A stretch of 64,000 nucleotides of DNA from Mobula birostris. Lineage: Eukaryota. The DNA lies in NCBI RefSeq assembly GCF_030028105.1, contig NC_092378.1, positions 30,312,715 to 30,376,714 on the forward strand. The letters are read 5' to 3'. Under the pieces are notes generated by a model. It was given only the letters and a program-made list of their open reading frames with translations. It made no database searches and was not told where the DNA came from. Below, piece after piece: positions 48,060 through 61,128 of the stretch (position 1 is the stretch's first letter; each line of letters opens with the position of its first letter). Made by a program: the position numbers and the translations under genes.

Positions 48060-51000
48060 GGAGAGGAGGTGCTTGCTGTCTTGAGGCACATTAGGGTGGA
48101 TAAGTCCCTATGATTTGGCAAGGTGTTTACTGGACCTTGATGGAGGAGAGTGCAGAAATGTAGAGACACTTTGAGAGGTACTTAAAATGTCCTTGGCCAC
48201 TAGGTGAAGTGCCATGGGACTGAAGGGAAGCAATTTTTGTTCAAGAAAGGCTCTAAGAATAAGCTGGGAAATTATGTTGGTGAGTCGAAAGTCAGTAGTA
48301 GATAAATTGTTGGAAGGTATTCTAACCAACAAGATGTGAAACCCCTTTTTACTGGGCATCTCTGGAAATGTGGCTCAGTCGCCCCTCACTAATGAACCCC
48401 TGGACTCTGTGACGAGATACCCATCTTTCTCGGACTTCGTTGGGTGTATACAACTTTGGTCCCGCTAAATCTGTGAGGTTGGGATGTCTCACCCACCCAA
48501 ACACCGGTTTGTGTAAATGCTGTGTGAGTTACTGCCCCAGCAATCGCCGTCAGCAAGAAATAACAGATTGTACGCTGCATACAATTATAAAGAAGTATAT
48601 TTAAGAATGTTAACTTAAGCAATCAGTTATTAAAGGAAAAAGGAGGGGAGAAAAACAAAAAGGACTCATTGTACTTAAACAGTCACATGTGCACGGTGAG
48701 GCTCAAATCTTCCAGACACTGTTGTTTTCGATGTATATACTGCACCTTCCAAATATCACTCAAAATCCATCTTGAACAAACGGGCTCTCCCACAGGAATA
48801 TTGGTCCTTCCTCCTTGAAGCCATTTATCTGCACAAGGCACCGTGTGCAACAGGACGACATCCTCAGCCGTTTTCCTTCCTGTCTTCCCCAGCTCCCACC
48901 AACAAAGACCCCTCTATCGAGTGTTCTCTAGAACATTTTCCCAATTCTGCCATCCTGATTGGCTGACACCACATTCCTAAGTTGAACAACAAAACCTTTG
49001 CCTCAGCTCAAACCCAAACAAGCTGAAAGCAGAACAGACTGCTCTTACAGAACTGCTAAAATGAAATATCTACAGCAAAGCAGTAAAAATCTTAACCAGA
49101 GCATCACATAAGCATTTTGGATAGGCGGGGCCTGCTTAGGGGTAGTCAACATGGCTTTGTGCATGGTAGTCATGTCTACCAATTTTATAGAGTTTTTTTT
49201 GAGGAGGTTACCAGGAAACCTGTTGAAGGAAAGGCAGTGGACATTGCCTACGTGGACTTTAGCGAGGCCTCTGACAAAGACCTGTGTGAGAACTTGGTCA
49301 ACAAGGTTCAGTTGCTTGACATTCAGGATGAGATAGTAAATTGGATTCAACATTGGTTTCACAAGAGAAGCCATAGAGTGGTTGCCTCTCTAAACAGACG
49401 CTGTGACTAACTGGTGTGCCACAATGACTGGTGCTGAGTCCATTATTGCTTGTCTTTATCATCCAGATTGTTGATATACTTCTTCCTGATGGCGGTACTG
49501 AGAAGAGAGCATGGCTGGATGTTGGGTGTCCTTGATGATGGGTGCTGCTTTCCTGTGACTGCGCTCCATGTAGACATGCTCAATGGTGGGGAGGGCTTTT
49601 CCTGTGATGGACTGGGCCATATCCAGTACTTTTGTAGGCTTTTCCATTCAAGGCTGAGGCAACCATCAATATACTCTCCACCACACTTCTGTAGAAGTTT
49701 ATCAAAGTTTTTGTAAACTTCTAAGAAAGTAGAGGTGCTGCAGTGCTTTCTTCGTAATGGCACTTAAGTGCTAGAACTAGGAGAGATCTGAAATGATGGT
49801 AAATTGGATCAGTAAATTTGTGGACAACACCAAGATTAGGGGTTTCATGAACAGTTGGCAGCAGGATCTGGACCCGCTGGAAAAATTGGCTAAAAATGGC
49901 AGTTGGAATTTAATACAGACAATTGTGAATTATCGCACTTTGGGAGGACAAATCAGGGTAGGACTTACAGTGTATGGTAGGGCACTGAGGAGTGCTGTAG
50001 AACAGGGGTATCTGGGAATACAGATCCATAGTTCCTTGTGGTGCCCAAGTAGATAGAGTCGTAAAGAGAGATTTGGCACATTTGGCTTTCATACATCAGA
50101 ATATTGAGTACAAGAGTTGGGATGTTATGTTGAAATTGTATAAGAATTTGATGAGGCCAAATTTGGAGTTTCTAGTTACCGACCTACAAGAAATATACAA
50201 TATAATAAAATTGAAAGAGTATAGAGATTGCTGCTGGAACTTGAGGATCTGAGTTATAGGGAAAGGTTGAATAAATTCTACGGAGCATATAGGTCAGTGG
50301 GGAAGATTTGATATGGCAATATGGTGACAGCAACCAATGCGACTAATGGCAATGTCTACAGAAAGTTCACAAAGCTACTACTACTTCTCATTCTTTTAAA
50401 TGTACTTCTACTACTGATCTGTGTACATTTGGAGCCTGTAATTTACATTTTGATAATGTAAAGCACTGAGTGAGCAATCTGGCACTTTTGCTGTCTGAGA
50501 GGGAATTTGGCGAGGTTGAGAATGGAGTGTGCCAAACGGCAGAGCACAAACCTCTGAACAGCTCCAATTCTCGAGCAACTCACTGATTGAAGCTTTGAGC
50601 AAGTTTGAAATCAACAAGGACGGGAGTGGAAGGGGAGCGGGTGTTCAGCTCAGCCTGCCCACGTCTGACCAGTTTCCCTCTCCCTCTAGCTCGCTGCTGC
50701 AAGAGGAAGGTGGAGTCTTGGCTGTTGGGCAAGGTTTGATCGGTGGCGGTTTATGGATGGGACTCGCTTTAAGAGGACTCTGCAGTTCACGTGTTATTTT
50801 TGTTTCTGGTTACTGCTTTTTTTTTTAATTGCTATTTTGCGTAATTTTGATCAGGGCGGACTGACTCTGCAGTCAACGAACAACACAGTGCTACATTGAA
50901 CTGAACATTCCTAGGCAGTTCCAAGGACTCTGGTTTGATGTTTAATATTCTGTGCGTATTCACACTATTTTGCCGTTTGTGTGATTTGTTCTTTTTTTTT

Positions 51001-52630
51001 GCACGTCCGGTGTTTGACATTTTCTTTGAAAGGATTACATGACTTTTTTTTTGTGGCCATCTGCAGTAAGACGAATCTCAGGGTTGCATACTGCATACAT
51101 ACTTTGATAGTAAATGTACTTTGAATCCTGGATAGAGGTATATAACATTATGAGATAGAGTCAATTCAAGCAGGCTTTTGTCACTGAGGGTGGGTGAAGC
51201 TAGAATTAGAGGTCAAAGGTTAAGGGTGTAGGGTGAAATGTTTAAGGAAACATGAAGGGGAACTTATCCGCTTGGAAAGTAGAGCATGTGTGGAGCGAGT
51301 TGCCATTGGAAGTGGTGGATGCATTTGATAAGGTGCCACACATGAGGCTGCTTAACAAGATGAAATCCTATGGTGTTACAGGAAAGGTACTGGCATGGAT
51401 AGGGGAATGGCTGACAGGCAAGAGGCAGCAAGTGGGAATAAAATGGGGCCTTTTCTGGTTCGCTGCCAGTTCCTCGGGGATGAGTTTTGGGACTGCTGCT
51501 GTTCACATTGTTTGTCAATGATTTAGGTAATGGATTTGATGGCTTTGTGACAAAGTTTGTGGATGATACGAAGGTAGGTGGAGGGGTATGTAGTGTTGAG
51601 GACTTTGACAAATTAGAAGAATGGGTAAAGAAGTGGCAGATGGAATACAGTGTTGGGAAATGTATGATAATGCATTTTGGTAAAAGAAACAATAATGTGG
51701 ACTACATGGGGAGAAGGTTCAAACATCAAAGGTGCAGAGGGACTTGGGAGTCCTCGCACAAGACTCCAGAAGGCTAATTTACAGGTTAAGTCTGTGGTAA
51801 AGAAGGCAAATGTAATGTTGGCATTTATTTCAAGGGGAGTAGACTATAAAAGCAAAGGGATAATGCTGAACCTTTATAAGACACCAGGCCACACTTGGAG
51901 TATTGTCAATAGTTTTGGGCCCATATCTTAGAAGGGGTGTGTTATCATTGGAGAGAGTCCAGAGGAGGTTCACAAGGATGATTCCAGGAATGAAAAGGTT
52001 AACATATGAGGACAGTTTGGCAGCTTTGGGCATGTACTTACTGGAACTTAGAAGGATGCGGTGGGGGGGGGGGGGGATCTCATTGAAACCTATCGATTGT
52101 TGAAAGGACTAGATTGGGTGGATATGGAGAGGATGTTTCCTATAGTGAGAGTATCCAGAACTAGAGGGCAGAGACTCAAAATTGAAGGACGACTCTTTAG
52201 AGCAGAGGTAAGGAAGAATTTTTTTTTTAGCCAGAGAGTAGTAAATCTGTGGAATGCTCTGCCACAGACTGTGGTGAAGGCCAAGTCCATGAGCATATTT
52301 AAGGCAGAATTTGATCGTTTCTTGATTGGTCAAGGCATCGAAGGATATGGCGAGAAGGCAGGTGTATGGGGTTGAGTGAGATCCGGGATCAGCCATGATG
52401 GAATGGTGGAGCAGACTCATTGGGCTGAATGGCCTAATTCTACTCCTATGTCTTGTGGTCTTTAGATAATGAGGATTAGATTTCAACATTTAAGAGAAGA
52501 TTGGATAAGTACATGAATGTGAGGCGTATGAGGGCTACAGTCCAGGTGTGGTTCAATGGGACAAAGCAGAATGATTGGCACAGACTAGACGAGATGAAGG
52601 GCCTGTTTCTAAGCTGTCGTCCTCTGTGAT
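48060..52630 (+). mobile_element. Cluster of CR1 ORF2 fragments with nested LTR, Rex (about 49455-49790, minus) and non-autonomous element (about 50310-51127)
   Basis: SQHGFVHG, AVDIAYVDFS, AFDKVPH, KFVDDTK and RKNFFFSQRVVNLWNALP; two CR1 3' UTRs. Confidence 0.8.
48335..49108 (-). mobile_element. Probable solo LTR (about 774 bp) inserted in a CR1
   Basis: Termini TGTGA...TCACA; minus-strand AGCCAATCAG CCAAT box near 48960; CR1 sequence continues across it. No clean TSD seen. Confidence 0.6.
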
Positions 52631-53503
52631 ACGTTTGTCTATGGGAAAGCTATTTTTAGGGCTATTTTAGTTGACACAGTAACTGTAAGAAAGCTATCTT
52701 GATGACAGGATAATTTTTCTTTATATTTAATTTAGTTATAATTGTGTTCCCATAAAGAATCATTATACCCCATTAGTTCTGGATATAGTGGAATTTTCTA
52801 CTTTATCTTTTTTTTTGTTAAAAAATCTTTGGTTCTATTTTCAGCCCCATTCATTTTCAACTGCTTAATCAGTGGCCCTCCCTTTATTATAAAAGGGTTT
52901 TTGATAATTTCCATTAGTAACTACTGAGGAAAATACAGTTTGCACTCGGTGTAGAGAAGAGAGTACAATATACTTGGTTTATAATTGCTAAATAACAACC
53001 GTGCCAGATAGTAACATCTCCATTTTCCTGTGACTTCCGGTGGCTTTGCCAAATTCCCCACCGTGCCTCAAATCCTGAGGATTTCCAGAAGATAACAGAA
53101 CCAACTACATAAGTATTTCTGAGTGAGATATTGTCGACTTTATGATGAGTGACTCATCTTGTGATTTCCTAAAGCCTCTCTCTGCTTGCAAGGAAGAAAT
53201 AATGCTGTTTACTAGCACAGGTAAATGAAACTCAGATAGTACTCAGGAAGCTTGACTCCATTGAGGACGAAGCAGCCCATCATACTTCACCCACTACCTT
53301 AAGCATTCACTCTCTCCACACAAAAGCTTTGTGGCTACATTCTGTACTACTTGTGTAAAGCACCACAGCAAATCAGCAAGACTTTGGGTAGCATATTCTT
53401 TAAACAGAACTCATAATTTAGGCAAAAGGCACATGGAAATGCCACGATCTACAAATTCCTCTTCCCAATTATGCCATCCTGATTGGGAATTATCTTGCCA
53501 TTC

Positions 53504-53870
53504 ATTCATCATCATCATCATTATGTGCCATTTCGTATGACATGGACAATCATGGTCTTCCATAATGACCATGATTATTCTTACAAAAAGTGGTTTGCGA
53601 TTGCCTTCTTCTGGGCAGCGTTTTTTACAAGATGAGTGACCCCAGCCATTATCAATCCTCATCAGAGATTGCCTAGCGTCTGTGGTGACATAACCAAGAC
53701 TTGTGATACACACCAGCTGCTCACATGACCATCCACCACCTGCGCCTATGACCCTGATCGGGAGGGCTAAGCAGGTGCTACACATTGCCCAAGGGTGAGC
53801 TACAGGCTAGCAGAGGGAAGGAGCGCCTCATACCTCCTTTGATAGAGACATATCTCCACCCTTCCACCCC
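53504..53870 (-). mobile_element. SINE-like element with (ATG)n tail, probably RTE-mobilised
   Basis: TCATCATCATCATCATT at the left end; CCCAGAAGAAGGCAATCGCAAACCACT on the minus strand resembles RTE 5'-type motifs. Confidence 0.55.
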
Positions 53871-54848
53871 TGCCATTCATTACTCTGTAAAAATTACTCT
53901 GTCAGCACAAGAAACGCAATGGTTTAAAGCAGCCTATCATTACCTTACAGATGATTTGATATGGGCAATAAATACTACTAATGCTCGCCTGTCACTTTAA
54001 TGCTTACCTCAGAATTTGAGTTCAACTCCACAATGATAGTTTTATAGTTTTGTATTGTAGCTGATTGTTGAGATGACTAACCTGAAGGCTGAAAGCCTCC
54101 AGCTAGTTGCAATGTGTCTACTAGCACATACCTAATTGCCAAGTCTGCATGATTCAGTACAGAAATTAAGAACCATCTAAACAGTCAGATACTCAGTCTC
54201 TCTGTGAACTCCACTTGTGTCCACTGGCATTCTCAGACATTCTCATGATACTTAACCAGGCCTTTTGGTGTATGTCAACCAAAGCTGGTGCATCTCCAGT
54301 GCTCCACTTACTTGAATATGGTCATTAACTTTCCTTTGAAAAGTGAGTTTAGGTCAGCTTTCAGTTTATTTATTTCTTTGTATATTTATGTTTGTAATTA
54401 ATTAATGGAAGTTTATTGTTTATAAGTACATTTTTTTTAATAACTTTAAAGATTTTTAATTTACTCTTAATTTTTCTAAATGTTCTGATCATGGAAATAG
54501 TGAAAGGGTCTTTGCTAGCAGGTGCTGTCGGGGGATTTCAGAGTAATGCTTGGGTAAGACCTGACTTTCGTCTGCCAATCACCTAGTTTCTATTCACAGA
54601 ACAATTAGAGCAGTAACACTGTCGATATCTTAGGAATCAAGTGTCTGCAAGAGTTTGTACATGTGCTTGGCATGGGGAGAGCAAGTGGAAGGTATGTGTT
54701 GTATCGAGTGCAGTTCAGCCCATTATAAAACAATGTCAGATGTTAAGCACAGGGAAGATACCACCAAACAAACCACAGTCAGTGACCTACCTCATGCAAG
54801 CCTACTACTGCTTATGTGAAAACTCTGCTGATAATTTATTTGCCTTAG

Positions 54849-54994
54849 CTCCCACAGCTCCTGAGCGCCACCTGGATGACAGTCTGACCAACATTCAGTG
54901 GCTGGGTAAGATGAGCACAGATGGTCTTGGGGCTTGCCGTGTAAAAGATGAAGCAGAGAAAGAAAATAAAGAGCCTGTATCAGAAGAGCCCATT
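54849..54994 (+). CDS. FOXM1: FOXM1 coding exon 2 (alternative acceptor at 54858)
   Basis: LDDSLTNIQWLGKMS and a KEN box (EKENKE); phase-1 acceptor TAG|CT or CAG|CT; donor ATT|GTAAGT, phase 0. Confidence 0.93.
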
Positions 54995-55593
54995 GTAAGT
55001 ACTACCCTTCCCAACCTTGTTAAATCTTGAGTTAGTGGCAGATGCTGAAGCATTGTCTTCAAAACATTAGTGAAGTTTCTGTGTTTAAATATTTCTCAAT
55101 TTTCCAAGGAGCGATTAATATCCAGGCCAAGAATGTGAGGTGTGAAAAGTAATTGGGCTTTGCAAGTATGGAAGGCATGAATTGCTGAGGTCTTAGTAGA
55201 AGGGATGTGCAGGAGTAGGGTTGAGTGAAGTGGAAGATGAGAAAGTTCTAGTGGAAATGGAGATACTGATTGAAGAGGTGAGATCAGCTGAATGGATTTT
55301 TATAGCAATCACACTTATTTTCATGTTGTTCTAAAAACTTTTTCTCAGAATAGTGACTGAGTCAAAATTTACCCTGTATTTAAACAACTTGAAATGTATC
55401 TTGCGTTTTATATTTGGTGCAATGTAATGAAAGGGTTTCTTCCAATCTACATTTGCTGCGCTGGCCAATGAGTAATCTATAATGATGTAATTCAGTAAAG
55501 TAAAGGACCTAACATTTGTGCCTGATATGTTAACAGAACATAAACCTGCATGCAAGGCTGTATTTTCTCTGATGGTTTCTTCCTCTAATGTAG

Positions 55594-55752
55594 ACAGAGT
55601 CTATTCATGAGCGGCCTCCATATTCATACATGGCAATGATTCAATTTGCTATAAATAGTACTCTGAGCAAGAGGATGACGCTGAAAGAAATCTATACCTG
55701 GATTGAGGATCATTTCCCCTACTTCAAACATGTGGCCAAACCAGGATGGAAA
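55594..55752 (+). CDS. FOXM1: FOXM1 coding exon 3 (forkhead domain, N-terminal half)
   Basis: [53 protein letters not shown]; TAG acceptor and GTAAGT donor; 159 nt. Confidence 0.96.
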
Positions 55753-56976
55753 GTAAGTGGATAAGAAAGCCACCAAGGTTGTATCAGTAACACATCCCCA
55801 TGGAGGGAGGAAGCAAGTTCAATAACTATGATGTAAATCTTTAGACTCCTTGTTTGAAGTAGGACAACCAAATGCTGCAGCATCTTTTGAGGGGAGGCTG
55901 AGCAAAATGAGGCATAATTATCCTTCACTTGCCACAAATTTGGTGGAAATCTTAGCCCAAGTGGATTTGCAGGCAGGGAACAGAAACCTGATAAAGGTTG
56001 CAATTGATAAATATTAAGGCAAATTAAGTTTAGTCTACAGACATACTGAAAAATAAATGGGACCAAGGCACAAATTTTGGGTTAAATGACTAAAGTCCAA
56101 TTGTTAATTATTTTAAGGTATATATGCACAAGGTGAAAATGTTCTTTGCTTCTCAGCATTTAGAGGTGCTCTGTTACTTGGTACGTATAGGACTTTCAAG
56201 TAACTTGATGCACAAGCACTTGAGTACTGAAAAGTTCATATATACAATCCTAATCCAAATACTTTTTTTCTGACACCATTGGTTTTTGTATTTCTCAATT
56301 ATTACACCTCCAGCTCAATTTAATGCAAACTAAGTTATCTCAAAACAAAAAAATTCTACAGCTACTTGAAATTTAGTATAAAAGAAAATTATGCTAGAAA
56401 TTGGGAAATAGGGTATTAATATTTCAATATCATTGACTTGAAGCATTAACTTAGTTTCTACCTTGGGTAACAGCCTGACTTGCTGAGGATGCCTGGTTTT
56501 GCTTCTTTGGTCTATCTACCCTGTTGCATGCTGCTGGGTATCAGATGCTTGCAATTTCAAGCTTCTTTCAATCATTATGCTACAACCCCGAGAAACTGAG
56601 ATTTCCCTTCTATAATCAAGGCTATAATCATATTAAAGTAAATTGAGTGTATAGAGTTAAAACTATATTGAATTTAAATTTATTACGCATTTTTCAAAAA
56701 GTACCAATTAACTTGACTCATTTTAAAATCTGTCATATCTTGTGGACCGAACATTTGTCATCAAATGTTACCTCTCCCTCTGTAACTCAATTGTCAAAGC
56801 TTGTTTAATAATGCTCTTGTAAAAACATTTTAGAACATGTAATTACCTTGTGGGCATTATGTAAATCGTAAGAACTATTGCAGCAAATACAATCCTGACA
56901 TGTCATTTCCTGAGAACAATGCATTCTTCATTTATAAAACTATTGTCCTGATGACCAGCACTCACTTTCTCCTCAG

Positions 56977-57105
56977 AACTCTATTCGCCACAACCTGTCT
57001 TTGCATGATATGTTCATACGTCAGACGTCTCAAAATGGCAAGGTATCACACTGGACCATTCGTGCTGAAGCGAACCGCTTTTTGACATTGGATCAGGTTG
57101 TTAAG
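56977..57105 (+). CDS. FOXM1: FOXM1 coding exon 4 (forkhead domain, C-terminal half)
   Basis: NSIRHNLSLHDMFIRQTSQNGKVSHWTIRAEANRFLTLDQVVK; CAG acceptor and GTGTGT donor; 129 nt. Confidence 0.97.
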
Positions 57106-57987
57106 GTGTGTTTTCAATGTGCTTTTTAATTTTTTTTTCGGTGATGAGTTGTATAGATATCTGATTGACCATTACAAAAATGAATCTGTACAGGCAGCTT
57201 CCATTTACTGCTAAGGTCAAGGGATTGACAGATTGGGCTTTCATGATGGTAGGTTGTAAGTAAGATCAGATGACATTGACATTTTCCTCAGCATTTGTGA
57301 AGATAATGAAGATGTTTAATATTTTCCCTCTTATAAAATTGCACTTGTGATTACCAGTAAATGAATTTGAAAATCCAGACCATGATGAATATATATTTGT
57401 AAGTGCCTGATGGCTATATACACTTATGAATGTTTTATATTAATTATTCAATACCTTTGAACAAATTTGTACATAATTATCCTTCAGTGCTTATTCTTTA
57501 TCTCTTGAATTTAGAAATATCATATTTACTATCACACGAGCAATTCTGTGTGAAAGTTGTAATGGAAGCAAGCTGACTATTACACAGTTAGATAATATAT
57601 GATGGGGAAATTCTTGGATGAGAGGCATTAAAGATGCCTCAAGGATTTGGAAATTGCTGTATGCACTGTAAGCACAGTTATCCAGTAAGTGCTAGGTGCT
57701 TGTTTACTGCTTGTGCTAGTTAACTTGATGTCATCCTGGGTGATTCCAGCCACTCCTGAGATACCAGTTACTGGAGCATGCTAGTTAGTGAAGAGCCGGA
57801 ACAGCAAATTTCTACTGCACATGGTGATTTAATTTGTGGTCTTTATCGAAGTTTTGGTTGAGTGACTTAATCAAAGTAAGAAGAAATATCCAGTAGCGGG
57901 CAGAAGATGCATTGCTTGTCTGATGTTGGCATTTTTAATGCATTTTAATGTTCAATACTTCTCGTTCTTGATTGATATTTCATACAG

Positions 57988-58056
57988 TCCCTGGATTTCA
58001 GCCCAACTGACAAGATTCAATGGATCCAAGCAGCGCCTGTGTTGGTCTTTCAACAA
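57988..58056 (+). CDS. FOXM1: FOXM1 coding exon 5, positional homologue of the mammalian alternative exon Va (A1)
   Basis: CAG|SLDFSPTDKIQWIQAAPVLVFQQ|GTAAGA; 69 nt, phase 0-0, between the DQVVK and QQKR exons. Confidence 0.78.
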
Positions 58057-59524
58057 GTAAGACCCAAGAGCTCTTGGTGGCATTCTGCCACCTCACTGTG
58101 CTGATTTTTATTTTTTTCTGACTGGTTTGGTTGGGTCACAAAATGGAAGGTGGTTGCTGATGATATGTGTATTTCAGTTGTTTTTAAGCTTAAGTTGTAA
58201 TTTTTTTTTCCATGGCAAAATCCATGCCAATTAATTAGTTCGCTAGAAGTAAAAGACTTTTTGAATGTTCTAATGTTACGTGAGTTACACCTAACTATCT
58301 TTACAAGCAGATAACAACATTTTAATGCTTGTGCCTTCTGACTCTGGAAATCACAAATGGCTGTTGATTGAATCAGTACAAAAGTTTGACCATAGAGACT
58401 GGTGGTGAGGAAGAATTGAGAACAAAAATGAGGGAGAAATAAGAAACTGAATAAGAAGAATATAAATAGTGGGTTTAAAAAGTCCAGGAAAGCAAATGAT
58501 ATTCAGGAAATGTAATCTTGTGAATAATTGCCCGCTCAAAGGAAGAAAACTGAGAAAAGAGGAAAGCCAATGTAGCTTTTGGGCTACATCCACAAGAATT
58601 GTAGGTAACAGAAAATACTTACGGGATTTCCTTCAGCGATATTAGTAAATTATTGTACTTCAACCACCACTGGGGAAAAATGTGCTATAGTCGTCACTAT
58701 CATTACTGCCTGTTCAGCCATGCATTGCAAGTAATTAAGTATCCTCGAAAGTTCCATTAAGATTAAAAAGCACTCTCATTCTAAACCAGCCAAGGCAATC
58801 CTCTGCCACTTCCATAATTATATAAATAACAGTTTATTGGAAGCGTTTGTTTTGGAAAATGCTGTATGGAGAGGCTGTACCGCATTTGCAGTTGCAAGCC
58901 TTTTTTTCAAAAAAACTAATTACACGTTCATTTAACATTTTGAATGCCTATGAAATGACAACAGTTAACCAGATGCTGTACAATGAGACCTTTTGATTGG
59001 GAAAAGGCTACCTTTTCACAGTGCATAATTGAAGCTTTTTTGAAGTCCAGTTTTCCAAGTGCTTGCTACTCTAAACTTTAACTTATTGAAAGAATGATGC
59101 CAGCATGCTCAACTGATGCTGCATTTCATTAGCATTTTACACATAAAGGTTCCTGCGGTGAATCTCTGCCCTATTTGCTGCCTGTCTTACCTGGATCGGC
59201 AACTACAAAGAAAAAGACATGATCTTGGTCAGAAAAGCAACACAGAAACGAGGTGCCTGAGCATACAATGCTGAAATTGCAAGACATTTGATATAGTTGT
59301 TTTGCCATCGATTGCTCATCATACTGCCCTTCAGGAGATCCAAATAATCTAGATCTATGCCTTTACCATCTGTATTGTACAAATATATTTTCAATCTGCA
59401 ATCTACTGTTAATTTAATTTTGTATGGTTGGGAATTTTAAATCTTCCTTTTTGGGTGTGGACAAATGGAATGCAAATATGAAAATGCACCCAGTTTAATC
59501 TTTCTAAATTTGTTTGATTTTTAG

Positions 59525-59582
59525 CAACAAAAACGATCCAGCAGCACAGAGATGCCAATGAGTAATGTAGCTGTCAGCTCAG
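59525..59582 (+). CDS. FOXM1: FOXM1 coding exon 6
   Basis: TTTTTAG|QQKRSSSTEMPMSNVAVSS-G|GTGAGT; the QQKR start matches human; phase 1 fits the next exon. Confidence 0.88.
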
Positions 59583-59619
59583 GTGAGTAAAAATGCAAGT
59601 ATTTCAGAATATGAATAAA

Positions 59620-60350
59620 GTTATAGAGTCATAGAACGTTACAGAACAGAAACAGGTCACTTGGCCCATCTAGTCCATGCCAAAGTATTAAACTGCATAG
59701 TCTCATCAACCTGCACCTGGTCAATAGCCATCCACAACCTTCCCATCCATGTACTTATCGAATTTCTTTTACATACATTCTTGGATACTTTGAGATTCAG
59801 CGCAGAATAGGCTCTTCCAGTTCTTTTCGCTGTGCCGCCCTGCAACCCCAGATTTAACCCTAGCCCAATCACAGGACAATTTACAATGGCCAATTAACGT
59901 ACTAACTGGTACATTTTTGGAATGTGGGAGAAAACCAGAGCACTTAGAAGAAACGCACGCATTCCACGGGATGGACACACAGACTCCTTACAGGTGATGC
60001 TGGAATTTAACTCTGAACTTTGATGTCCCAAGCTATAATATTGTTGTGCTAATGTGGCACCCCAGAGAAATGTTCTCTGCACTCTTTCAATCTTATTGAT
60101 TTCTATAGGTGGGTAACCAGAACTGTGCACGATACTCCAAATTCATCCTCACCAACATTTTGTGCAACTTCAACATAACATCCGAACTCCTGGACTCAAT
60201 GCTTACATTTATGAAAGCCAATGTGCCAAAAGCTCTCTTTACGACCCTATTTGTGAGGTCACTTTCCAGGAAATATTGATCTGTATTCCCAGATCCTTCT
60301 GTTCTACCCCACCTCTCAGTACCCTACCGCTCACCATGTAAGTCCCACCC
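59620..60350 (-). mobile_element. CR1 3' fragment containing an HE1-like V-SINE (about 59790-60060)
   Basis: CR1 tail and C-terminal remnants; minus-strand GTGCTCTGGTTTTCTCCCACATTCCAAA...TTAATTGGCCATTGTAAATTGTCC resembles the V-SINE central domain. Confidence 0.7.
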
Positions 60351-60931
60351 AAAGTGTAACGCATTGGTGTGTGCACTTACACCCCCAAGGTATAAGAGAA
60401 TGCCACTCTTCATGTTCACTCTTTGTTTGATTTTCAAGGAAGTAAGCACAAATACCAGGAAAGAAAATACATAGTGGAATACTTCTGTGTGCCACTCGTT
60501 ACTTATTCTAACACCACATCTCAACAGGCCAATAACACCATCTTTGCTTGTATAATAGCAAGTGACTACTGTTGAAGCCTTCTACAATTGTCGAAAGGAG
60601 CCAACCATTGTAGTATTGAAAGCAGCATTTGCAAGGTTTATTGACAAAACTTTGGAGAGATTTATGTCCATAAGGCATTGGATTCTACCAGAGAGTAGAG
60701 GGTATTTAATGTGGAGGTAGCTTTGGGTAGGACAGAATGTAGTAAAGCAGGGCCCAACATATATATAGCATCAAAATAGAGAGAGTCCTTACTTAAATTT
60801 TACAGTGTCTTTCAGCTAAACCGATTTGGTCATCACAATGTAGCTCAGTGTTATTTACTGATTGCAAGAGGAAATGTGTCGTTGTGCTTTAAAGTAATGA
60901 AACTGCTTCATAAAGTGTTTTCTTTGCGCAG

Positions 60932-61128
60932 AAGTGAATATGAGAAAAATGAAACCCCTGTTGCCTCGGACGGACTCCTACCTGGTGCCCATTCAGCTGC
61001 CAGTCACCTCTCCCTTAATCTTACAGTCATCGGCTCAGATAACTCTGCCTGGAATGCAGGGGCATCCTTCCTCCACCACCAGCAGTGAGATGGCCAGGAA
61101 ACGCAAACGTGTCCGGATTGCGCCAAAG
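60932..61128 (+). CDS. FOXM1: FOXM1 coding exon 7, ending at a GC donor; final exon not in the window
   Basis: RKMKPLLPRTDSYLVPIQLPV...SSEMARKRKRVRIAPK matches FOXM1. Acceptor GCGCAG|AA; exon ends AAG|GCAAGC at the conserved RIAPK boundary. Confidence 0.92.
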
